From positions 4,876 through 68,875 of the forward strand of contig CALKJW010000014.1 in assembly GCA_937995595.1 (NCBI GenBank): a stretch of 64,000 nucleotides of DNA. Reading direction: 5' to 3'. This DNA comes from an uncultured Phycisphaerales bacterium (GTDB lineage: Bacteria > Planctomycetota > Phycisphaerae > Phycisphaerales > UBA1924). Positions within the stretch are counted from its first letter, which is position 1; each line of letters begins with the position of its first letter. The translations under genes and the position numbers were made by a program. Under the pieces are notes generated by a model. That model saw nothing but the letters and a program-made list of their open reading frames with translations, was not told the origin of the DNA and ran no database searches. Of this stretch, positions 57,373-64,000 are shown one piece after another.

Positions 57373-57938
57373 CGTACGCCCCCTCTGGCGCCGCTCCGGG
57401 CACGCTCGGCGGCGCGGCCGATGTCGTCCAGATCGCCCACGCGGTCCTCGGCCTCGGCCCCGAGCCGGACGAGTTGGCGCAGCGTGACCGCGACCGACGG
57501 CGCGGCCCGGCCCGGCTCGCGCCGCAGCGCGGTCACCTCGATCAGCGTCAGGCCGCCGCCGGGGCCCGCCGCGCCCCGGCCCGCCCCGCCGTAGGGCGTC
57601 GAGCGGATCGACAGTTCCCATCCCGTCGGCGCCGGCGGCGTCTCGGCGAACTCGGAGGTCGATTCCTCGTCCTGCCACTCGGGAACGGGGCCGTTGAGTG
57701 TCTCGGCGGTGTCGATGCCGGCCTCGATGCGCGACAGCGCGCTGCGTGCAAGGTCCATGGCTCGCTGCCGCTCCTTCGCCGCCGCCAGCGACGAGGCCGA
57801 CTGCCCGATGGCCGAGAGAATCGCCAGCGCCGCGCCGAGAAAGACCGCCAGCGCGAGCATCATCTCCATGAGCAGCGCGCCGCGCGGCCTGCGCCGGCCG
57901 CGCACGCACGAGCGCGAGGCCGCGGCCCGGGCGGTCAT
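57369..57938 (-). CDS. minor pseudopilin, GspI-like by position (degenerate prepilin motif)
   Basis: ...RRRPRGALLMEMMLALAVFLGAALAILSAI (G|ALLME with Glu at +5). Its ATG overlaps the upstream TGA (ATGA at 57935-57938). Confidence 0.55.
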   Translation of the reverse strand: MTARAAASRSCVRGRRRPRGALLMEMMLALAVFLGAALAILSAIGQSASSLAAAKERQRAMDLARSALSRIEAGIDTAETLNGPVPEWQDEESTSEFAETPPAPTGWELSIRSTPYGGAGRGAAGPGGGLTLIEVTALRREPGRAAPSVAVTLRQLVRLGAEAEDRVGDLDDIGRAAERARSGARGGVR

Positions 57939-58576
57939 GGCGTAGCCCCCTGTCCGCCGGCGGCACGCGGCGGAGGTGGCTCGCCCTCGGCACGCACGTA
58001 CGGCGTGAACGACGCCTCGCCCGTCCAGCGGTTCAACCGGACCCGCGCCTCGCGCCGGTCGCCCGCGTCGAACACCATCAACAGGTCACGCGGCATCAGC
58101 ACGCTGCCGTCGGGCAGCAGCACGCACAGCGTCCCGCCGCCCGTTCCCTCGACGAACTCCGGCTCGTTGTCGTCGCGCTCGGCGTCGCGATCGTTGCGCT
58201 CGGCGTCCGCGGCTTGGTCGTCCTCGGCGGGCATGAGAGCGAACCGCACGCCGCGGGGCAGGTCGAGCACGAACTCGCTGCGCGCCGGGCGTGAGCGTTC
58301 GCCGCGGCGCTGTTCACCGGAGCCGACGGTCTCCGCCTCCTCGCTCCACAGCGTCGCGCCGCGCTCGTCCTGCCGGACGGTCAGCCGAACGATCACGCCG
58401 CGGCGTTGCGCATCGGCCCGGGCGATGATCACGGCGGACGCCAGTTGCCGCTGGGCCTGATCGAAACGGTCGGCCGCGAGGCGAGAGACCCCGACGGGCA
58501 GCACGATTCCCGCGACCATCGCGACCAGCGCGACGGCGATGAGCAGTTCCAAGAGCGTGAAGGCCGAGCGGCACAT
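57935..58576 (-). CDS. minor pseudopilin, GspH-like by position
   Basis: MCRSAFTLLELLIAVALVAMVAGIVLP (A|FTLLE). ATG 58576 is preceded by GGAG at an 8-nt spacing. An acidic insert (AEDDQAADAERNDRDAERDDNEPE) is present. Confidence 0.65.
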   Translation of the reverse strand: MCRSAFTLLELLIAVALVAMVAGIVLPVGVSRLAADRFDQAQRQLASAVIIARADAQRRGVIVRLTVRQDERGATLWSEEAETVGSGEQRRGERSRPARSEFVLDLPRGVRFALMPAEDDQAADAERNDRDAERDDNEPEFVEGTGGGTLCVLLPDGSVLMPRDLLMVFDAGDRREARVRLNRWTGEASFTPYVRAEGEPPPPRAAGGQGATP

Positions 58577-58638
58577 ACAAACGCTCCGAGTGCGCCGGAC
58601 GACCCGGCGAGACGGCGGCCCGGCGCGGCGAAGGCGAC

Positions 58639-59163
58639 TCAGGGCCGGGCGGGCGGCGGCGGCGCCGAACTGCCGCCGGACGACCGGCTCCCATCGATCC
58701 CCTCGAGCGCGGACTTGGGCCAGACGTTGATGTCGTCTTCGGTCCCTTCCTGCTTGTCCGGACCGGCCGAGAGCAGGTCGAACTTGCCCTCGGGCGCGCG
58801 CTCGCCGACCTGCAGGTAGATCCACTCGGTTCCCCACGCGTCGGTCGGGATCGGCTCTTCGACAAAGCGCCGCCACTTGGCCTGGTCCGCGTCCTCGGAC
58901 AGTCTGGACTTGTCCCACAGCACCGCGAGCCCCTCGTCGTCGGTCGGGTAGCGGTTGAACTCGAGGCTGAACTGGTTGAGCGCGTCGCGCAGGCTCTTGA
59001 GTTGGATCTGCACGTTGCCCTCGGTCGCGCGGTCGCGAGAGCCCATCAGGTTCACCGTGACCAGCCCCGCGATGGCGAGGATGATGACGATCACGATCAT
59101 CACTTCCAGCAGCGTGAACGCGCGGGACACCGCCGCGCGCACGGTCGATTCGGTCCTGTTCAT
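58639..59163 (-). CDS. gspG: type II secretion major pseudopilin GspG
   Basis: ...VSRAFTLLEVMIVIVIILAIAGLV..., NRYPTDDEGLAVLW, PTDAWGTEWIY, GKFDLLSAGPDKQEGTEDDI (GspG calcium-loop region). ATG 59163 is preceded by GAGGAGG. Confidence 0.92.
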   Translation of the reverse strand: MNRTESTVRAAVSRAFTLLEVMIVIVIILAIAGLVTVNLMGSRDRATEGNVQIQLKSLRDALNQFSLEFNRYPTDDEGLAVLWDKSRLSEDADQAKWRRFVEEPIPTDAWGTEWIYLQVGERAPEGKFDLLSAGPDKQEGTEDDINVWPKSALEGIDGSRSSGGSSAPPPPARP

Positions 59164-59307
59164 CCGTTCAGCCTCCTCTGCCCTCCGCCCCGGCCGTCCG
59201 TGCCCGCCCGACCCGCCACCGCATGAGTTTACCGCCGCGACGCCCGCGCGGCTTCGCCCGCGCCTGTCAGGGATTCCCATTGTCACGAGCGGGTATCGCG
59301 CCGGCGT

Positions 59308-60507
59308 TCATCGGATCGCCGAGCCCATCTGCGAGATCGGCAGCACCAGGCCCATCGCGACCAGCCCGATCACGCCCGCCAGCAGGAGCAGGAGCAGGGG
59401 CTCGACGAGTTTGAGCGCCACGCCGAGCATGCGCTCGATCCGGCTCTCCAGCGTCTCGGCGACGGTGATCAGCACGCCGTCGAGGTTGTTGGCCTGTTCA
59501 CCGACGGTGATCATCTCGACCACGTCGGGCTGGATCAGCCCGCTCTCGGCCAGCGGCGGGGCGAGCGGCTGGCCCTGCCGCACCGCCTCGGCGGCGTTGC
59601 CGATGGCGTCCTCGAGCAGCACGCTGCCCGCGGCGTCGCGGGCGATCTGCATCGCGGTCAGCAGCGGGATGCCGTTGCCGAGCATGGTGCCGAGGATGCG
59701 GCAGAACCGGGCGACGGCCATCGCGCCCAGCAGCGGGCCGAGCACGGGCAGGCGCAGTTTCACGGTTTCGATCCGGCGCGAGACATCGGGCCGCCGGGCC
59801 AACCGCCACAGCACGAACACCGTCGCCGCGCACACGGGCACCAGCACCACGCCCCAGGTGGAGACAAAGTCGCCCAGTCCGAGCACGATCTTCGTCACGC
59901 GCGGCAGGCCCGCCTGCTGGTCGATCTTCGCGAAGATGGGCTTGAACCTAGGCACGAAGACCCCGAAGACGATCCCGAGGATCGCCCCGCCGACGACCAC
60001 CAGCACGATCGGGTAGATGAGCGCGCCGACGACCCGCGCCCGCATGTCGGCCTGGCTCTGCAGGAACGCCCCCAGCCGCGCCAGCACCTGCTCGAGGAAC
60101 CCGCCCTTCTCGCCCGCGCGCACCATCGCGACGTGCACCTTGGGAAAGACCTCCGGCCGCGCGGCCATCGCCTCGGCCAGTTCGACGCCCTCGGCGACCG
60201 AGTCGGCGACCTCGCCGAAGGTCTGCGCCAGCCGGGCCGACGACTTCCGCGCCGCCAGCAGCCGAAGGCCGCGCATCAGCGGTACGCCGGCGCGGAGCAG
60301 GTCGGCCAGTTGGGTGTAACTCGCGGCCAGTTCGCGCGTCGAGACGCCCATCCGGAGCCCGCCGCGTTCGGCCTCCTCGTTGACGTTCACGGGCGTGAGC
60401 CGTCGCGCTTCGAGTTCGGCGAGCACGGCCTGCTCGCTCGCGCCGGCGAGCACGCCGACCACGCGCTCGCCGCCGGGCGTCAAGGCGATGTAGCGGTAGT
60501 TGCCCAT
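59308..60507 (-). CDS. gspF: type II secretion system F family platform protein
   Basis: 399 aa with the duplicated GspF/PilC architecture: ...ELAASYTQLADLLRAGVPLMRGL..., three TM segments, ...RFCRILGTMLGNGIPLLTAMQIA... Confidence 0.93.
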   Translation of the reverse strand: MGNYRYIALTPGGERVVGVLAGASEQAVLAELEARRLTPVNVNEEAERGGLRMGVSTRELAASYTQLADLLRAGVPLMRGLRLLAARKSSARLAQTFGEVADSVAEGVELAEAMAARPEVFPKVHVAMVRAGEKGGFLEQVLARLGAFLQSQADMRARVVGALIYPIVLVVVGGAILGIVFGVFVPRFKPIFAKIDQQAGLPRVTKIVLGLGDFVSTWGVVLVPVCAATVFVLWRLARRPDVSRRIETVKLRLPVLGPLLGAMAVARFCRILGTMLGNGIPLLTAMQIARDAAGSVLLEDAIGNAAEAVRQGQPLAPPLAESGLIQPDVVEMITVGEQANNLDGVLITVAETLESRIERMLGVALKLVEPLLLLLLAGVIGLVAMGLVLPISQMGSAIR

Positions 60508-60541
60508 GCGGAGTCGGCCGCCGCCGCGCCGGGGCGCGGGG

Positions 60542-61291
60542 TCAGTTCTTCTCTTCGGCCTTCGGCTTGGCGGCCAGCAGTTGCTCGACCTTCTTCACCA
60601 GTCCCTGTTCGAGGTTCTTGGTGCGGACGTTCGCCCGATCGGCGTCGAAGCGCGCGACGACCTTGCCGTCGCGGTCGATCACGAACTTGGTGAAGTTCCA
60701 CTTCGGCTCGCCGCCGAGGGGCTTCGGCTGCGCGGCCAGCGCCTTGTAGAGCGGGTGCGCGTCCTCGCCCTTCACGCTGATCTTCTCGAACATCGGGAAC
60801 TCGACGCCGTAGGTGCCGGTGCAGAACGAGGCGATGTCCTTGTTCTCGCCCGGCTCCTGGTTGCCGAAGTTGTTGGCGGGGAAGCCCAGCACGACCAGCC
60901 CCTCGTCCTTGTGCCTGGCGTACAGCGCCTGCAGCCCCTCGTACTGGCTCGTGAAGCCGCACCTGCTCGCGACGTTGACGATCACCACGACCTTGCCCTT
61001 GTACTTGGACAGGTCCTCCTCGGTCCCGTCGATGCGCCTGACCTTGAACGACAGCACGTCGGCGGGCTTGACGTCCTTGTGCTCGCCGTCGGCGGGCTTG
61101 GGCTTCTCGGGCTGTTGGGCGGGCTGGGCGCCCGTCGGCGGGTCGCCGCCGCGGGGATGGCCCATGGCCACGACGCTCGCCACCGCGGCCCCGGTGACCA
61201 GCACCGCCGCCAACGCCCACACCGCCTTGGCGCTGCCGCCGCCATCGCCGCACCCGCCGTCGCCGCATCCGCCACCGTGGCAACAGGACAT
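60542..61291 (-). CDS. glutathione peroxidase (Cys-type) with Cys/Gly-rich N-terminus and TM anchor
   Basis: VVVIVNVASRCGFTSQYEGLQALY, LVVLGFPANNFGNQEPG, FPMFEKISVKG, KWNFTKFVIDRDG. N-terminus MSCCHGGGCGDGGCGDGGGSAKAVWALAAVLVTGAAVASVVAM. ATG 61291 is preceded by AAGGAGG. Confidence 0.92.
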   Translation of the reverse strand: MSCCHGGGCGDGGCGDGGGSAKAVWALAAVLVTGAAVASVVAMGHPRGGDPPTGAQPAQQPEKPKPADGEHKDVKPADVLSFKVRRIDGTEEDLSKYKGKVVVIVNVASRCGFTSQYEGLQALYARHKDEGLVVLGFPANNFGNQEPGENKDIASFCTGTYGVEFPMFEKISVKGEDAHPLYKALAAQPKPLGGEPKWNFTKFVIDRDGKVVARFDADRANVRTKNLEQGLVKKVEQLLAAKPKAEEKN

Positions 61292-61405
61292 GATCGCCTC
61301 CTTGGCGGGCCGGTCTTGCGGCCCGCGGAGCAATCGTACCGCGCACGCACGCGAAAGGTCGCGGGCGAATCCGCAACGCGCTGCATCCTCGAACTACCAT
61401 CGGTC

Positions 61406-62221
61406 ATGGTCGGCCTGACGCGCACGGTCCGGTTCAGCGTCAACAGCGGCTCCGCCGCCGCTCCGCCCGGTGCGCCCGCGCACAACTCCTTCGCGGCCCA
61501 CCCGCCGATGGCGGGCATCGGTCGGCACTACGAACTCGATATCCGCTGCCGCGGCGACGTGGACCCGCGCACCGGGTATTTCATCAACATCAAGGACATC
61601 GACCGCGCGGCGCGGGCGACGGCGATCCCGGCGATCGCTGACGCGTGCGCGGCCGATCCCGGTGCGAGCCCCGCGTCCGTGCTCGGCGGCGTGCTGCCGG
61701 CGCTGGACCGCGCGATCCGCAACGGCGGCGCGGTCGAGTCGGTGCGCTGGAGGCTCAGCCCGTACTATTCCGTCGAGATGAGCCCCCGCACGCCCACGGT
61801 CGCGCTGCTGCGCCAGCAGTTCGAGTTCGCCGCGGCCCACCGGCTGCACGTCCACACGCTGAGCGACGAGGAGAACCGGCGCATCTTCGGCAAGTGCAAC
61901 AACCCGCGCGGGCACGGGCACAACTACCGCGTCGAGCCGTGCGTCGAGGTGCCGGTGGGCGGCGCACCGTCCTTCACCCTCGACGCGCTGGAGCGCATCA
62001 CCGCCGAGCGCGTCATCGCCCGGTTCGACCACACGCACCTCAACGAGGACACGGCCGAGTTCGACACCGCGCGCGGCGGCGTCAACCCCTCGGTCGAGAA
62101 CATCGCCAAGGTCTGCTACGACCTGCTCGCGCCCGCCATCGCCGCGGCCTCGCCCGGCGTGCGGCTGCGCTCGGTCACGGTGTGGGAGACCGACAAGACC
62201 AGCGCGACGTACCCGGCGTGA
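61406..62221 (+). CDS. 6-pyruvoyl-tetrahydropterin synthase / QueD family protein, two-domain form
   Basis: C-terminal half: FEFAAAHRL, GKCNNPRGHGHNYRVE, FDHTHLNED, ENIAKVCYD, VTVWETDKTSATY. The N-terminal ~120 aa look like a degenerate second T-fold module (GRHYELDIRCRGDVDPRTGYFINIKDID). Confidence 0.8.
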   Translation: MVGLTRTVRFSVNSGSAAAPPGAPAHNSFAAHPPMAGIGRHYELDIRCRGDVDPRTGYFINIKDIDRAARATAIPAIADACAADPGASPASVLGGVLPALDRAIRNGGAVESVRWRLSPYYSVEMSPRTPTVALLRQQFEFAAAHRLHVHTLSDEENRRIFGKCNNPRGHGHNYRVEPCVEVPVGGAPSFTLDALERITAERVIARFDHTHLNEDTAEFDTARGGVNPSVENIAKVCYDLLAPAIAAASPGVRLRSVTVWETDKTSATYPA

Positions 62222-62230
62222 TCGAGCCGG

Positions 62231-62788
62231 TCAGCGCGGCTCGAAGGTGAACTTCTGACCGCCGATGGACGCCTCGAACATCAGGCCGGCCTTGGTCGCC
62301 GTGAAGACCGCGACGCCCTGCTCGTAACTGGCCGTCTCGGACGCGCCGGCGCGGACAGCGACCGCCGACGCCTGCCCGGAAAACTCGAACGTGCCAGTCT
62401 TGAACCGCTCCAGCGCCTCGACGGTCCGGAAGACGATCAGCTCCATGTACTCCTGACCGCCGAGTTGCAGGCCGATGGTGCCCTGCCGGAGGTCGCAGTA
62501 GCCGATCATCCGGCCGTTCTCGTAGACCTCGCCGCGCCCGTAGGCCCCGCCGATGCCGACCGCGCCCTTCCCGACCGACGGGAAGACCGCGTAGCCGCGG
62601 GCCTCGCGCAGGGTGCGCTCCAGCGACGGGTCGGCACGCTTGAAGGCGTCCAGCGCCTCGCGCGAGCGGATGCTCAGCACCTGCCGGTCGGAGTCGGACC
62701 TGGGCGCGGTCTCGCAGCCCGCCGCGGCCAATGCGCAGGCCACCAGCGCGGCGAGCGTGATCGTCGCAACGGTGCGCGTGGCGTTCAT
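62231..62788 (-). CDS. lipoprotein with SYLF (Ysc84/DUF500) domain
   Basis: MNATRTVATITLAALVACALAAAGC, then GYAVFPSVGKGAVGIGGAYGRGEVY, GLQLGGQEY, FEASIGGQKF. Confidence 0.75.
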   Translation of the reverse strand: MNATRTVATITLAALVACALAAAGCETAPRSDSDRQVLSIRSREALDAFKRADPSLERTLREARGYAVFPSVGKGAVGIGGAYGRGEVYENGRMIGYCDLRQGTIGLQLGGQEYMELIVFRTVEALERFKTGTFEFSGQASAVAVRAGASETASYEQGVAVFTATKAGLMFEASIGGQKFTFEPR

Positions 62789-62825
62789 ACTCGGCTCCTT
62801 GCACGGCGCGAGCGGTCGCGCCGCG

Positions 62826-64000
62826 TCAGACGTGGAACGGGAACATCAGCGGCGACAGCGTCACCGTCGCGGCAAGCATAAGCAGGTTCATCGGGACGCC
62901 GATGCGCAGGAAGTCGGCCAGGGTGTAGCCGCCGGGGCCGTACACCATCAGGTTCGTCTGGTAGCCCAGCGGGGTGGCGAAACTGGCCGAGCCCGACATC
63001 ATGATCCCGATCACGAACGGCGTGAAGTCCACGCCGAGCCGGTCGGCGGCGGCGTGCGCGATGGGGAAGACCAGCGCGACCGCGGCGTTGTTGGTGATGA
63101 CCTCGGTGAGCAGCGACGTGACGGCGCACACCGCCAGCAACGCGAGCCACGGGTGCTGGCCCGCCATGTCGAGGACCGAGTCGGCGATCAGCCTCGCCGC
63201 GCCCGAACTGTCCATCGCGCGGCCGAAGCCCAGCATCCCCGCGATGACGACCAGCGTCGGCCAGCGCACGCTGCGCCGCGCCTCGCGGACGGTGCAGCAG
63301 CGCGTGACGATCATCGCGCCGGCGGCGAGCATCGCGGCGACCAGCATCGGGTACACCTCGAACGCCGCGAGCGCGACCATCGCGACCAGGATGACCGCGG
63401 CGACCGGCGCGCGGGTGTGCTGGCGCGGCGTGGAATCCTCCAGCGCGCTGACCAGCAGGAAGTCCGACGAGTCGCGGTGGCGGTCGGCAAAGCCGGGCGG
63501 GGCCTCGATGAGCAGCACGTCGCCGGGGCGCAGTTCAATGTCGCCGATCTTGCCGCGGACTCTCTCGCCGCTGCGCGCCACGGCGATCACCGCGCCGTTG
63601 TAGCGGTTGCGGAAGCGGCCCTCGCGGATGGTCAGCCCGGCGATCGGGCAGTTGGCCGACACGACGGCCTCGAAGAGCCTGCGGCGGTAGCGCGGGGAGT
63701 CGAGTTTGAAGATCTGGTCGGTCGCGGGCACCAGGCCGCGGGCGCGGGCCAGTTCGCGGATGGCGTCGACCACGCCCGCGAACAGCAGCCGGTCGCCCGC
63801 GCGCAGCACGTGCTCGGGCCCCACGGCCTCGAGCACCTCGTCGCCCCGGCTGATCTCGACCAGGAAGCACCCCGGCAGGTTGCGGAAGCCGACCTGCTCG
63901 ATCGTCCTGCCGGCGATCGCGCTGCCCTCGGGCACCAGCAGTTCGAGTGTGTACTCGCGCGGGTCGGAGAGGATGGTCTTGGGCGAGCGGCGGTCGGGCA
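62826..64000 (-). CDS. SLC13/DASS-type permease with TrkA-C (RCK_C) domains; partial, N-terminus lies beyond the window
   Basis: TrkA-C-like LVPEGSAIAGRTIEQVGFRNLPGCFLVEISRGDEVL...LRAGDRLLFAG and a second copy. The C-terminal transporter half is ...LLTEVITNNAAVALVFPIA...SGSASFATPLGYQTNLMVYGPGGY. The frame stays open from 63935 to position 64000. Confidence 0.85.
   Translation of the reverse strand, partial: PDRRSPKTILSDPREYTLELLVPEGSAIAGRTIEQVGFRNLPGCFLVEISRGDEVLEAVGPEHVLRAGDRLLFAGVVDAIRELARARGLVPATDQIFKLDSPRYRRRLFEAVVSANCPIAGLTIREGRFRNRYNGAVIAVARSGERVRGKIGDIELRPGDVLLIEAPPGFADRHRDSSDFLLVSALEDSTPRQHTRAPVAAVILVAMVALAAFEVYPMLVAAMLAAGAMIVTRCCTVREARRSVRWPTLVVIAGMLGFGRAMDSSGAARLIADSVLDMAGQHPWLALLAVCAVTSLLTEVITNNAAVALVFPIAHAAADRLGVDFTPFVIGIMMSGSASFATPLGYQTNLMVYGPGGYTLADFLRIGVPMNLLMLAATVTLSPLMFPFHV

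Noticed and set aside
52537-58918. 5' extensions of ORF-track entries 52537..55647, 55268..57403, 56734..57993, 57935..58918, 58639..59286 and 41343..42689
   Set aside because: Each extension overlaps the preceding pseudopilin or platform gene in another frame and is Arg/Gly/Pro-rich. Internal ATG or GTG starts give proper prepilin or TM N-termini. These starts either have SD sequences or form 4-nt start/stop overlaps.
60542-61291. Selenocysteine-type glutathione peroxidase
   Set aside because: The active-site residue is encoded as Cys within an uninterrupted ORF (VASRCGFT). There is no in-frame TGA.

Overview
Very GC-rich (around 70% by eye, not computed) chromosomal segment, densely coding on both strands. 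I call about 46 protein genes and one tRNA-Arg(ACG). I saw no rRNA, CRISPR array, transposase or integrase. Several features suggest a PVC-superphylum genome, most likely Planctomycetota (inference): a DUF1559/HX9DG-type prepilin-like protein, a lamin-tail-domain protein with Cys-rich repeats and a dockerin-like C-terminus, Ala/Pro/Gly-rich linkers, and Ala at -1 of several prepilin motifs. Ordinary genes: M20 peptidase, Ser/Thr kinase-STAND-TPR, rpsT, CPBP protease, argC, rseP, alpha/beta hydrolase, recA, acyl-CoA carboxyltransferase + birA, HU, cyclophilin, acs, sucA/sucB, pstSCAB with long-form permeases, glutathione peroxidase, PTPS/QueD-like, SYLF lipoprotein, and an SLC13 permease cut by the window end. 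Two blocks stand out. (1) A ~19-kb minus-strand type II secretion-like operon, gspF-gspG-(H/I/J-like)-gspK-(L-like)-(M/C-like)-gspD-lipoprotein (60507..41343). Its secretin is ~3,500 aa, with about 36 tandem secretin N-domain modules (manual count) between an N0-like domain and a canonical secretin C-domain. No GspE-type ATPase or prepilin peptidase is present in the window. (2) A tightly coupled four-gene operon (25016..20752): papain-like Cys peptidase, RimK-type ATP-grasp ligase, GCS2 carboxylate-amine ligase, N-formylglutamate amidohydrolase. This is a predicted peptide-ligation system with no known product. I also report candidate regulatory sites: a palindrome overlapping a near-consensus promoter upstream of recA, a G-run leader upstream of the secretin, and several hairpin terminators. 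Most long Arg/Ala/Gly/Pro-rich ORFs in the six-frame track are GC-driven shadow frames and were rejected. All family assignments come from motif recognition by eye; no searches were run.
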